Source: an uncultured Bacillota bacterium
GTDB lineage: Bacteria > Bacillota > DTU025 > MWDF01
NCBI GenBank assembly: GCA_963823655.1
Contig: CAWGMK010000007.1
Location: 64,001-128,000 of the forward strand
Direction: 5' to 3'
DNA: 64,000 nt
A model generated the notes under the pieces. The model saw nothing but the letters and a program-made list of their open reading frames with translations, was not told where the DNA came from and did not search any database. A program made the position numbers and the translations under genes. Shown here piece after piece: positions 38,813 through 49,181 of the stretch (position 1 is its first letter; the number at the start of each line of letters is the position of its first letter).

Positions 38813-40222
38813 ATGTCCATCCAAGAAAGAGACCTAGCCGACATATGGGCACTTGCGCTTAAGCTAGTGCAGCCCGACATTAAGAAGCTCTCATTCGACA
38901 CCATACTGAAAAACAGCAGCCTGGAATCTTTGGACGGCAACACCGCCCTTGTTAAAGTGCAGAACGATTTCGCCAAGGATTGGCTTGCCACAAGATATAC
39001 AGACAAAATAGAAGACGCCCTTCGCGGGCTTGTCGGTACTTATTGCAAAGTAGAATATTCCGTAGTCGACCAGGCCCAATCAGCGGAAGACAAACCTTCT
39101 GCGGTTGAAAAGCCCGCCAGGCAGAAGAAGGCCCGGACCGAGTACGAGCAGGAGATCCCCGTTCAAGAGAAGGTTGCCCATAAAGAGGCGAAGGTTATGC
39201 CGGGGCGCCCTCTCCAGGAGAAATACACTTTCGACAAGTATTATGTGGGCTTATACAACGACATACCTTATAAATACATAATGCAGATGCTAAGCGGCGA
39301 AAGTAAGCTTCCCCTGATCATCTACAGCTCGGTCGGCATGGGCAAGACGCATCTTCTTCAGGCCGCCGCGCACAAAATGCTCAAGAACAATCCGGATGCC
39401 AAAGTGGCTTACCTCTCTAGCGAAGATTTCACAAACGAGCTTGTCAGCTGCCTCAACACGAAGACGATGTCGACATTCAGGGAGCAGTACAGACAGCTCG
39501 ATATGCTTTTAATCGACGATATACAGTTCTTCGAAGGAAAGAAGGTAACCCAGGACGAATTCTTCTTCACCTTCAACACAATTCTGGAGCAGGGAAAGCT
39601 TCTCATACTTTCCTCGGACAAACACCCGAGGTATCTGGAGAATTTCCAGGACAGGCTCCATTCGAGGGTGAAGGCGGCCCAGATTGCAAGCATTCAGGAG
39701 ACCACTTATGAGGATCGCGTCTCCATACTACAGAAATGGGCCGAGAACCGGAATATCACTCTGCCCACTTATGTGTATGACAAGGTGGCTTCCAGGATTA
39801 CAGAGAGCATACGAGAGCTCCAGGGCGCTTTCACAAATGTCCTGACAAGGCTGAATATGCTTGGTTGGGGCAAGGCGACGCCGGAATTGCTCGATTCTAT
39901 ACTGGACGAATACTCTCCAGGAACGAAGAAGCAGACCGTCACCGTTGCCAGGATACAGAAGGCAGTATCGGACTATTTCCAGATTAATGTGGACGATATG
40001 AACGCTTCATCTAGGGTAAAGGCTGTGTCCGAGGCCCGTCAGTATGCTATGTTCATATGCCGGGAGCTGCTGAAGATGCCTTTCGAATCCATCGGCAGGG
40101 AGTTCGGCGGAAGAGATCACGCAACCGTGCTTCATGCCTGCCGAAAAGTCAGGAAGCTAGTTGAAGAGAACCCGTCATCGAAGACTTCGCTTAAGGAAAT
40201 CGAAGACGGCCTCAAGGTTTAA
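38813..40222 (+). CDS. dnaA: Chromosomal replication initiator DnaA (divergent)
   Basis: VGMGKTHLL, LLIDDIQF, TQDEFFFTFN, IRELQGA, FGGRDHATVLHA. Confidence 0.95.
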   Translation: MSIQERDLADIWALALKLVQPDIKKLSFDTILKNSSLESLDGNTALVKVQNDFAKDWLATRYTDKIEDALRGLVGTYCKVEYSVVDQAQSAEDKPSAVEKPARQKKARTEYEQEIPVQEKVAHKEAKVMPGRPLQEKYTFDKYYVGLYNDIPYKYIMQMLSGESKLPLIIYSSVGMGKTHLLQAAAHKMLKNNPDAKVAYLSSEDFTNELVSCLNTKTMSTFREQYRQLDMLLIDDIQFFEGKKVTQDEFFFTFNTILEQGKLLILSSDKHPRYLENFQDRLHSRVKAAQIASIQETTYEDRVSILQKWAENRNITLPTYVYDKVASRITESIRELQGAFTNVLTRLNMLGWGKATPELLDSILDEYSPGTKKQTVTVARIQKAVSDYFQINVDDMNASSRVKAVSEARQYAMFICRELLKMPFESIGREFGGRDHATVLHACRKVRKLVEENPSSKTSLKEIEDGLKV

Positions 40223-40228
40223 CGACAG

Positions 40229-40441
40229 TATTGAAAAGTGCCTCAGCTATTGTTAAAAGGATGTTGAAAACTTGACGTGATTTTCCGGGATGTTGGCTGT
40301 TGTTGAAAACAGGCTCGATAATCCAATCGGGCTAACAAGCGGTTCAACAACAAGATTAGCGCCTTTAGCTTAGCCGTCGTGGGTTAATAACAGAATCAAC
40401 AGTGCATACTACTGATACGTCTTATATTATTATCTTATATA
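40229..40441. other. Probable oriC unwinding segment between dnaA and dnaN
   Basis: TGTTGAAAA at 40262 and 40301, tandem degenerate boxes at 40384-40401, trio-like TACTACTGATAC, then an AT-rich run at 40422-40441. Confidence 0.7.
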
Positions 40442-40472
40442 GAAGAGACTATTGGCGGGGAGGTTGTTCATA

Positions 40473-41600
40473 ATGAAGGTTTCTTGCAGCAAGACTGCCC
40501 TCGTTACCGGGGTCAGGACAGTCTATAAGGCGATATCCCAGAAAGCCACCAATCTAATTCTGTCCGGCATATTAGTCGAGACCACTGCCGACGGGCTACG
40601 CCTGGTGGCGTACGACCTTGATCTGGGGATCGAGACTTTCATACCGGTTCAGGTGGAAAGGGAAGGATCCTTCGTCTTCCCCGCGAAACAATTCGCAGAT
40701 ATAACCAGCAAGCTTCCGCATTCGGAAGTTACTCTCGATTACCAGGAGAGCACAGGATCCGTGGAAGTCATTTCCGACAGGACCCACTTCTCCATAAAGA
40801 CGATGCCTGCCAAGAACTTCCCCGAACTGCCCGAGCTTATCGCGGGAAAGACCTGGTCCATGCCGGAGACCGACCTTAGGAAGATGATAAGGAAGACCGC
40901 GATTGCCACCTCCAACGATACTAACAGGTCGTATCTCATGGGAGTATCTGTGGAAGCGGACGAAAAGGGAGTGGCTATGGTCGCGACCGACTCGTTCAGG
41001 CTTGCTTACAGGAGCATCGAGGCCCAGACGGGCCTGAGCTCGAAGATAATAGCTATTGTGCCCGCGAGGATGCTCAGGGAAGTCGAAAGGAACCTCTCGG
41101 CCGACGGCACCAGGGAAGTTGAGATCTGCATCACCGAAAGGCACTCTTTCGTCAAATTCGCAAACACAAGATATATTACCCGCCTGCTGGAAGGGCAATT
41201 CCCCGACTACAGGAAGATATTCCCCGAGAATCTGTCCACTAGGATAACAACGGATACGAACAGCTTCCTTGCGGCAATAGACAGGGTTTCAGTCATGTGC
41301 AAGGACGAGTTGTCCGCAATAAAGATGTCCTATACCGGCGGAGAGATGGACAGCCCCGGCTTTCTTACCATCAAGGCTGTAACGCCGGAGTTGGGCGAGG
41401 CCGTTGAGGACATGCCGGTATCGTTGCAGGGCAATGCAGAGATGGTTGTCTCGATAAGGGCCAAGTACTTAAGAGAAGTCCTGCAAGTGCTCGAGTCCGA
41501 CGATGTGGAAATAGGTTTCAACAGCAGCCGGGCTCCTGTGTGCGTAAAAGAGACCAACAATGAGAATTACCTGTATCTGGTCATGCCGATAAACGGCTAG
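40473..41600 (+). CDS. dnaN: DNA polymerase III beta clamp
   Basis: VATDSFRLA, RLLEGQFPDY, YLVMPI; RBS GGGGAGG. Confidence 0.96.
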   Translation: MKVSCSKTALVTGVRTVYKAISQKATNLILSGILVETTADGLRLVAYDLDLGIETFIPVQVEREGSFVFPAKQFADITSKLPHSEVTLDYQESTGSVEVISDRTHFSIKTMPAKNFPELPELIAGKTWSMPETDLRKMIRKTAIATSNDTNRSYLMGVSVEADEKGVAMVATDSFRLAYRSIEAQTGLSSKIIAIVPARMLREVERNLSADGTREVEICITERHSFVKFANTRYITRLLEGQFPDYRKIFPENLSTRITTDTNSFLAAIDRVSVMCKDELSAIKMSYTGGEMDSPGFLTIKAVTPELGEAVEDMPVSLQGNAEMVVSIRAKYLREVLQVLESDDVEIGFNSSRAPVCVKETNNENYLYLVMPING

Positions 41601-41631
41601 CAAGACCAGGAGACGGGAAGGGGGAGGGCGA

Positions 41632-41859
41632 ATGGGCGCCAGGAAGGTATCGATCTCCACCCCTTATATAGCACTAGACCAGCTCCTAAAATGGGCTGGT
41701 CTTGTTATGAGCGGGGGAGAGGCGAGAGGGTTCATCCTTGAAGGAAGTGTTTTGGTCAACGGAGAGGTCGAGACAAGAAGAGGAAGAAAGCTCAGGAATG
41801 GGGACAAGGTCCTCTTCGCAGGGCAGGAGATAGAAATAGCAAACTCGCCGGAGGCATGA
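41632..41859 (+). CDS. S4-domain RNA-binding protein (YaaA-like)
   Basis: IALDQLLKWAG...SGGEA...VNGEVETRRGRKL. Confidence 0.92.
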   Translation: MGARKVSISTPYIALDQLLKWAGLVMSGGEARGFILEGSVLVNGEVETRRGRKLRNGDKVLFAGQEIEIANSPEA

Positions 41860-41860
41860 A

Positions 41861-42970
41861 TTGCTGCTTAAAAGGGTTTTACTGAAAAGCTTCAGGAACT
41901 ATGCCTCATGCGACATGGAGCTTTCGCACGGAGTCACCCTACTATCGGGCGCAAACGCGCAGGGAAAGACCAACCTGCTTGAAAGCATATATGCGCTTTC
42001 GGCGGGCACTAGCTTCAGGGCCGCCAAGGATTCCGAGATGGTGCGCTGGGGGGATGAGGCAGCCTGGGTGAAGGGGTTTGTGACCGGCAATTATTCCGAC
42101 TTCACGCTTTCAGTATCTGTATCCGCAGCCGGACGTAAAATGGCAAGGCTGAACGATGTGGAGAAAATTCGCCCCTCCGAGCTTTCAGACAGGCTGAATG
42201 CCGTAGCTTTCATACCCGACGATTTGAGCCTCGTAAAAGGCTCTCCTTCCGACAGGAGAAGGTTCCTGGACCTTCAGATATCGCAGCTGAGCCCCCTTTA
42301 CAGGGAGACGCTCAACACATATGCCAGGATACTTTTGCAGAAGAACGCCCTTCTAAAGAACTACCACGAGATGGAGGGCGCCGGACGATTGCTGGATGTT
42401 TTCAACGACGAGATGGTCGGCGTAGGGTCCAAGATAATCGCAATGAGAGACGATGCGATAAAAAGGATGTCCCCGCTGGCCTCCACGACGTACGAATATA
42501 TTGCGGCATCCAATGAGGCCCTTGAGGTGTCATACATTCCTTCCGTAGACATTGACGAAGGCTGCTCGGAAGAGGACATCTCGCAGGCTTTTACGGTCAA
42601 GCTGCTCTCCTTGAGGGCGGCCGAGATAGCTCGAGGCGGAAGCCTGGCAGGTCCGCAAAGGGACGATATCGGGCTTTCGGTTGATGGAAGGCCGGCCGCG
42701 TCCTTCGGCTCGCAGGGTCAGCAAAGAACGGTCGTAATTTCACTAAAGCTGGCCGAGGCCGAGACGATTACGAACATAAGAGGCGATTCGCCGATAGTTC
42801 TCCTGGATGACGTCATGTCTGAGCTTGATGACGGCAGGAGGACAAGGCTCATATCCAGATTCCTGGACAGATGCCAGACGGTGATCACGGCAACGGACGC
42901 GGAATTTGCTTGCTCCATGCCGGGCTGCATTTCATATCTCATAGAAAACGGAGGTGTGAGCCCGGTTTGA
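41861..42970 (+). CDS. recF: DNA replication/repair protein RecF
   Basis: FRNY, GANAQGKTN, RRRFLD, GSQGQQR, LLDDVMSELD. Confidence 0.95.
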   Translation: MLLKRVLLKSFRNYASCDMELSHGVTLLSGANAQGKTNLLESIYALSAGTSFRAAKDSEMVRWGDEAAWVKGFVTGNYSDFTLSVSVSAAGRKMARLNDVEKIRPSELSDRLNAVAFIPDDLSLVKGSPSDRRRFLDLQISQLSPLYRETLNTYARILLQKNALLKNYHEMEGAGRLLDVFNDEMVGVGSKIIAMRDDAIKRMSPLASTTYEYIAASNEALEVSYIPSVDIDEGCSEEDISQAFTVKLLSLRAAEIARGGSLAGPQRDDIGLSVDGRPAASFGSQGQQRTVVISLKLAEAETITNIRGDSPIVLLDDVMSELDDGRRTRLISRFLDRCQTVITATDAEFACSMPGCISYLIENGGVSPV

Positions 42971-43900
42971 GAAAAGGGTTAAAGAGCATCGGCGAGATAA
43001 TGGGCCAGTCCGGACGGAAGAAATCTGGGCATTGCCAGGACTATTGCCATGGCCAACGTTGCCTCCGCATGGGAAGAGCACATGAGAGGCAAGTTCGGCT
43101 GCGCAAGCTCGGTCAGCTCAATAAGCGACGGCGTCTTGCACATAGCGGTGGAGGAGCCCGTTTGGGCCCAGCAAATGAGCATGCTCAAAAAACACATACT
43201 TCAGTCGCTCGCCGAGCACTGCGACACTTCCGGCGTCAAAGACATCAGGTTTAGCAGCTTCGGAAGCACAGAGAAACCTTCAGCCGCAAGAAAGCAGAAA
43301 AGCGGGGCGAAGAGCTGGCCCTCATCGGCGGACTTGAGGAAAGAGAGCATCTCAACGAGTACTGGGGGACATGGCCAGCTGAAGGCAGGGCTGCCGGAAG
43401 TCCTTAAAAAAGCGCATTCTATGCAGATGAAGACCGAGGCCGCGCTATCCAGGCGCTCCTCATCGTGCTGTGAAGTCTGCAACTTACAAATTCCCCAAGG
43501 CAGTGCGTTTTGCCCCGTCTGCGCGCTGAAGCCTTATCCCGCAAAAACGGCAGAAGCAGTGCGTTTCCTCCTTGAATCTCCGTATGCCGCCGATAATGAC
43601 GTTTCGGAGATCTGCGATTTGGACGGCCTGGAGCCCCCGGAAGCCTATGAAATCATACGATTTTCGAGGGACATTGCAGGCAGGCGCCTGATTGAGGAGG
43701 CCATAAACGCGGCCAAGTCCGGAGATGGGGGCGAAAGTTGCAAGAATAAGGCTCGCATGCTGCTAGTCGGGAGCGCTTGCGCCTCGACAGGAGCGGCCCC
43801 CGATGTTATAATTGCCCGCGGCCTCAAAGCATACTTCATCCCTGCTATACTTGATGCAGCGGGTCAGGGTACTAAGCATCTCTTGGGGCAAGAGAGTTAG
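42967..43900 (+). CDS. DUF721/DciA-family protein with zinc ribbon (5' end frameshifted near 43020)
   Basis: AW....G...[21 protein letters not shown]...VKDIRF; CEVC and CPVC. The N-terminus [12 protein letters not shown] from TTG 42967 is in an adjacent frame. Confidence 0.75.
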
Positions 43901-43917
43901 AGAAGGGAGATTCTGAA

Positions 43918-44238
43918 ATGATAATCACAACGACGCCTAGCATAGAGGGAAGGCGGATCGTGGAATACAAGGGAATCGTCTTCGGCGAAGTGGTCGCCGG
44001 AGTGAACTTCATTAAGGATTTCGCCGCCGGCCTTACCAACATACTCGGTGGAAGGTCTGTCTCATACGAGGGAGAGCTAATCGAAGCGAGGCAGAGCGCC
44101 ATCGCAGAGATGTCCCAAAGAGCGGCTCAGCTGGGAGCCAATGCGATTGTCGGAGTCGACGTCGATTATGAGGTCCTAGGAGAGCACAACAACATGCTAA
44201 TGGTAACGGCTTCCGGCACGGCAGTGACTGTCGAATAA
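43918..44238 (+). CDS. YbjQ/UPF0145 putative heavy-metal-binding protein
   Basis: [11 protein letters not shown]...GGRS..YE...[12 protein letters not shown]...SGTAV. Confidence 0.92.
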   Translation: MIITTTPSIEGRRIVEYKGIVFGEVVAGVNFIKDFAAGLTNILGGRSVSYEGELIEARQSAIAEMSQRAAQLGANAIVGVDVDYEVLGEHNNMLMVTASGTAVTVE

Positions 44239-44267
44239 TAGGGCACCACAGGCTTCCGAAGGCCACC

Positions 44268-44301
44268 TCACGCCTCCTTAATCAGAAGGCGTGATTTTTT
44301 T
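44268..44301 (+). terminator. Rho-independent terminator
   Basis: TCACGCCT...AGGCGTGA followed by a T7 tract. Confidence 0.75.
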
Positions 44302-44352
44302 GCCAAAAAGGGCTCAAAACGTCAATTGGGGCACCATTTCTGCCCCTCGCTG

Positions 44353-44361
44353 TGATATAAT
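44353..44361 (+). promoter_or_regulatory. Extended -10 promoter element for gyrBA
   Basis: TGaTATAAT about 43 nt upstream of the gyrB start. Confidence 0.55.
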
Positions 44362-44403
44362 GAACCGTACCAATCAGAAATCTGCTCCCAGGAGGAAGTC
44401 ATT

Positions 44404-46383
44404 TTGGAAAAAGAGCTCAATAGCACGCCTGTTACCAAGGATTACACCTCAGGTGACATAGATGTCCTTGTAGGACTTGAAGGCGTCCGCGCCCGTCCTG
44501 CGATGTACATAGGCAGCACCGACACAAGAGGGCTGCACCATTTGGTGTATGAGATAGTCGACAACAGCGTAGACGAGGCCTTGCAGGGCATCTGCGACTT
44601 GATTGTCGTGAAGATCTCCAATGACGGATCCATAACGGTTCAGGACAACGGAAGAGGCATTCCCGTGGACATTCATCCAAAGACCGGAAAGTCCGCTTTG
44701 GAGACCGTCCTTACTATGCTTCATGCCGGCGGCAAGTTCAGACACAGCAGCTATGCTATCTCCACGGGCCTTCATGGTGTCGGCGCCTCTGTTGTGAATG
44801 CGCTGTCTGAGATCATGGAAGTCTGGGTGAAGAAGGACGGCAAGGAATATTATCAGGCCTTTGCAAAAGGCAGCGCCCTTGCCCCGATAAAGAGCATAGG
44901 CAACGCCAAGACCACAGGGACTACGATAAGGTTCAAGCCGGACGCGACGATATTCAAGGAGACACAGGAGTTTTCATATGAGACGCTCAGCCACAGGTTC
45001 GAAGAGGTCGCATACCTCACGGCAGGCCTCAAAATCGAGCTAATTGACGAGAGGTCCGGGCAGAGCGAAGCCTTCCACTTCGAAGGCGGCATCAAGTCCA
45101 TGGTCGAGCACATGAACGCGGCCAAGGACAAGCTTCACGAAGAAGTCATCTTCCTGAAGAAGGAACTTGTAGATAAAGTCCAGGTGGAAGTGGCAATGCA
45201 ATATACGGACAACTACAGCGAGAACGTATATTCATTCGCCAACAATGTGAATACCGCAGACGGCGGGACACATCTTTCTGGGCTGAAGTCCGGTCTTACA
45301 AAGACAATCAACGACTATACCAGAAACAAGAAGGACCAGTTCAAGGAGTTCGAAGAGAACTTCATGGGCGATGATGTCCGCGAAGGGCTCACTGCCGTAA
45401 TTTCGGTGAAGCTGCCAGAGCCGCAGTTTGAAGGCCAGACTAAGGCCAAGCTTGGCAACAGCGAAGTCAAGGGCATGGTCGAAGGAGTGGTCAGCGAGCT
45501 GCTCGGAGAATACCTGGAGGAGAACCCGAAGACAGCAAAGGCCATAGTCAGCAAGTGCCTCCAGACCGAGAGGGCCAGAAAGGCCGCCCAAAAAGCGAAG
45601 GACCTTGTCAGAAGGAAGAGCGAGCTGGATATATCGGACCTTCCCGGCAAGCTTTCCGACTGTTCTGACAAAGACCCGTCCAAGTGCGAGCTGTTCCTTG
45701 TAGAAGGAGATTCAGCCGGCGGCAGCGCAAAATCGGGCAGGGACCGCCGCTTCCAGGCGATTATGCCTCTGAGGGGCAAAGTAATCAACGTCTACAAGGC
45801 TGACATAAAAAGAGTCCTAGAAAATAACGAAATTAGGTCGATAATCACCGCTATTGCGGCCGGTTTCGACGAGCTGGGACCCAACGCGGTGGTGGAAGAA
45901 GAGAACGGCACGAACAGGAAGACCTTCAATATCGAAGATCTCAGATATCACAAGATCGTGATCATGGCAGACGCAGACATCGACGGCGCCCACATCAGAA
46001 CGCTCCTGTTGACGTTCTTCTACAGGTACATGCCCGCGCTTATCTGGGGCGGCCACATATATCTGGCGCAGCCGCCGCTCTATAAGGTGAAGGCAGGCAA
46101 GATCGAGAAGTACGCCTACTCCGATGAGGAGCTGCAGAAGGTCCTCGACGAGCTCGGCCGCGACAACTTCAACATTCAAAGGTACAAAGGCTTGGGAGAG
46201 ATGAACGCCGAGCAGCTGTGGGAAACCACCATGAACCCTGAATCCAGGACGATGCTGCGCGTCACGATGGACGACGCCAGAAAAGCCGAAGAGCTGTTCT
46301 CCATATTGATGGGGGATGCTGTGGAGCCGAGGAAGAAGTTCATCGAAACGCACGCGATATACGCGAAGAATATTGACGTCTAG
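44404..46383 (+). CDS. gyrB: DNA gyrase subunit B
   Basis: RPAMYIG, EIVDNSVDE, GLHGVG, VEGDSAGG, PLRGK, DADIDG, RYKGLGEM. Confidence 0.97.
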   Translation: MEKELNSTPVTKDYTSGDIDVLVGLEGVRARPAMYIGSTDTRGLHHLVYEIVDNSVDEALQGICDLIVVKISNDGSITVQDNGRGIPVDIHPKTGKSALETVLTMLHAGGKFRHSSYAISTGLHGVGASVVNALSEIMEVWVKKDGKEYYQAFAKGSALAPIKSIGNAKTTGTTIRFKPDATIFKETQEFSYETLSHRFEEVAYLTAGLKIELIDERSGQSEAFHFEGGIKSMVEHMNAAKDKLHEEVIFLKKELVDKVQVEVAMQYTDNYSENVYSFANNVNTADGGTHLSGLKSGLTKTINDYTRNKKDQFKEFEENFMGDDVREGLTAVISVKLPEPQFEGQTKAKLGNSEVKGMVEGVVSELLGEYLEENPKTAKAIVSKCLQTERARKAAQKAKDLVRRKSELDISDLPGKLSDCSDKDPSKCELFLVEGDSAGGSAKSGRDRRFQAIMPLRGKVINVYKADIKRVLENNEIRSIITAIAAGFDELGPNAVVEEENGTNRKTFNIEDLRYHKIVIMADADIDGAHIRTLLLTFFYRYMPALIWGGHIYLAQPPLYKVKAGKIEKYAYSDEELQKVLDELGRDNFNIQRYKGLGEMNAEQLWETTMNPESRTMLRVTMDDARKAEELFSILMGDAVEPRKKFIETHAIYAKNIDV

Positions 46384-46413
46384 CAAGCTAGATTATGACC
46401 AAGGGGTGGACAT

Positions 46414-48912
46414 ATGTCTGAAGATCTGGAGCTTATAAAAAGGGGCAATTACATAAACCGGGATATAGAGCACGAGATGAAATGGTCTTACCTGCAGTAT
46501 TCGATGAGCGTCATCGTCGGCAGGGCTCTTCCCGATGTGCGTGACGGCCTCAAGCCCATACACAGAAGAATTCTGTATGCAATGAATACGCTGGGGCTTA
46601 CCGGCGATAAGCCGTATAGGAAGTCGGCGACGGTAGTCGGCGAAGTCATAGGTAAGTATCATCCGCACGGAGAAGTCGCCGTCTACGATTCTATGGTCAG
46701 GATGGCGCAGGACTTCACATTCAGGAGCATGCTGGTAGACGGCCACGGCAACTTCGGTTCTGTGGACGGGGATCCGCCGGCGGCCCAGAGGTACACGGAA
46801 GTCAGGATGGCGAAGTTATCTTCGTCCATGCTGGCCGACATAGACAAGGATACGGTAGACTTCATCCCCAACTACGACGAATCCCTGAAAGAGCCCACCG
46901 TGCTTCCTGCAAGGTTCCCTCAGCTGCTGGTTAACGGCTCCTCCGGAATCGCCGTTGGCATGGCAACGAACATACCTCCTCACAATCTGGGAGAAGTAAT
47001 AGACGGGACAGTGGCTCTCATTGACAACCCGGAGCTCAGTTCGGACGATCTCAACAAATACATACTCGCACCGGACTTCCCCACAGGCGCCTATATAATA
47101 GGCACACAGGGGATTAGAGACGCCTACAATACCGGCAGGGGCAGCATTAAAGTCCGCTCCAAGGTCCATTTCGAACCTATGAGCCTGGGCAAGACGAGAA
47201 TCGTAGTCGATGAGCTTCCCTACATGGTCAACAAGGCGGAGCTGGTAAAGAAGATCGCGGAGCTTCATAAAGAGAAGAAGATCAGCGGCATCACCGACCT
47301 CAGGGACGAGTCCGACAGGAGCGGCATGAGGGTAGTGGTAGAGCTTAGGAAGGACGCCAACGCGAATGTGGTCCTCAATCAGCTCTATAAGCACACGCCT
47401 CTTGAGAGCAATTTCGGCGTCATAATGCTCACTTTGGTCAACAACATACCACGCGTGCTGACGCTTGCTGAAGTTCTGACGGAGTACGTGAAGCACCAGA
47501 AGGATGTAGTAACCAGAAGGACGCGCTTCGACCTGAACAAGGCCGAAGAAAGGGCCCACATACTCGAAGGCCTGCTCATTGCCCTCGATCACATCGACGA
47601 GGTAATCGCGCTTATCCGCGCATCCAAGGACGATGAAGAGGCGAAAAACGGCCTCATGAGCACGTTTGCGCTGTCTGAAAGGCAGGCTTTGGCGATACTC
47701 GACATGAGGCTAAAGCGCCTTACCGGCCTTGAAAGAGGCAAGATCGAAGAGGAATACAGGATACTCGCAGAGACAATCAAGGGGCTCAGGGCGATTCTTG
47801 CAGACGAGAAGCTGCTCCTGGACCTTATCAAGAAAGAGCTGCTCGAAATCAAGGAGAAGTTCGCAGACCCCAGGCGCACCGAGCTTATGCCGGACGAGGG
47901 AGAGCTTGTGGACGAGGACCTCATAGAGGATAAGGAGATATTCATCTCCATGAGCAGCATGGGCTACATCAAGAGCATGGCGGCCGACGCCTTCATCGCG
48001 CAGAAACGCGCGGGCAAGGGCAAGACCGGTATGAATATCAAAGAAGAGGATGGAGTGGAGAGGATCTGCTGCACCTCAAAGAAGGCCACAATCCTGTTCT
48101 TCACCAGCAAAGGGAAGGTTTACAGCCTGAAGGGCTATAACATCCCCGAGGCTTCAAGGCAGGCCAGGGGCACAGCCGTAGTCAATCTCATACAAGTTGA
48201 CAGCGGTGAAAAGGTTACAGCGATGCTGCCTGTGAAGGAGTTCACGCCGGATGTGCACCTCTTCTTCGTTACATCGAAGGCCACAGTGAAGAAGACCACT
48301 CTCGACCAGTTTGCGAACATTAGGCGCGTGGGGCTTATCGCAGTAGGCCTTGCCGACGATGACGAATTGATGGCCGTAAGACAGATCAGCAACGGCGACG
48401 AGATTATCATGGTCACCAGGAAGGGCATGTCCATACGCTTCAATGAATCGGATGTCCGCTCGATGGGCCGCGGGGCGGCAGGCGTGAGGGGTATCCGTCT
48501 CAAGAGTGGGGACTTTGTGGTGGGAGCGGATATCGCACAGAGCGATCACGAAGTGCTTGTGGTTACCGAGCGCGGGTTCGGTAAGCGCACCGAGTTCAAG
48601 CAGTACAGGTGCCAGACCAGGGGCGGTTCGGGCGTCAAGGCGATGCAACTTACCAAGAAGACCGGCGAAATAGCCAGCGTCCGCTTCGTGTATGAGAAGG
48701 ACGACCTCCTGATCATGACTGAAAGCGGCCAGGTAATCAGGATCAACGTCGGAGGGATATCGGTGATGGGGCGCTCCACACAGGGAGTGAAGCTCATAGG
48801 CCTTCGCGATGACGATCTCGTAACTGCGACGGCAGTAATTCCATATGAGCCGGAAGAGCCAGAGGAAGCCTGCCCGGTCGATGGGGCAAACGGGACGCTG
48901 TTCCAGCAATAA
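46414..48912 (+). CDS. gyrA: DNA gyrase subunit A
   Basis: RALPDVRDGLKP, YHPHG, AAQRYTE, GyrA-box QKRAGKG. Confidence 0.97.
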   Translation: MSEDLELIKRGNYINRDIEHEMKWSYLQYSMSVIVGRALPDVRDGLKPIHRRILYAMNTLGLTGDKPYRKSATVVGEVIGKYHPHGEVAVYDSMVRMAQDFTFRSMLVDGHGNFGSVDGDPPAAQRYTEVRMAKLSSSMLADIDKDTVDFIPNYDESLKEPTVLPARFPQLLVNGSSGIAVGMATNIPPHNLGEVIDGTVALIDNPELSSDDLNKYILAPDFPTGAYIIGTQGIRDAYNTGRGSIKVRSKVHFEPMSLGKTRIVVDELPYMVNKAELVKKIAELHKEKKISGITDLRDESDRSGMRVVVELRKDANANVVLNQLYKHTPLESNFGVIMLTLVNNIPRVLTLAEVLTEYVKHQKDVVTRRTRFDLNKAEERAHILEGLLIALDHIDEVIALIRASKDDEEAKNGLMSTFALSERQALAILDMRLKRLTGLERGKIEEEYRILAETIKGLRAILADEKLLLDLIKKELLEIKEKFADPRRTELMPDEGELVDEDLIEDKEIFISMSSMGYIKSMAADAFIAQKRAGKGKTGMNIKEEDGVERICCTSKKATILFFTSKGKVYSLKGYNIPEASRQARGTAVVNLIQVDSGEKVTAMLPVKEFTPDVHLFFVTSKATVKKTTLDQFANIRRVGLIAVGLADDDELMAVRQISNGDEIIMVTRKGMSIRFNESDVRSMGRGAAGVRGIRLKSGDFVVGADIAQSDHEVLVVTERGFGKRTEFKQYRCQTRGGSGVKAMQLTKKTGEIASVRFVYEKDDLLIMTESGQVIRINVGGISVMGRSTQGVKLIGLRDDDLVTATAVIPYEPEEPEEACPVDGANGTLFQQ

Positions 48913-49181
48913 AGCTGAATAAAGAAAGTAAAAGGCGTTTTCAAGGGGCTGTTCTTAGAAGAATGGCTCCTTTTCTTTTTATCGGAGGCAAGTTGCCAAG
49001 CAGGGGCGATTGAAAGACACCGCTTGGCTATCCCAACGAATGAGGACCGCCTAAATAGCAAATCTGTCAGCTTGTTAATTATCCGCACCTTAAAGGAAAA
49101 TAGCCTGGCGCGTCAAACAAGTAAGCAAGAATATGTCATTCATGAGGCTTGATTTGTCAGAAAAGTGGCGGAGGTGGGCAA

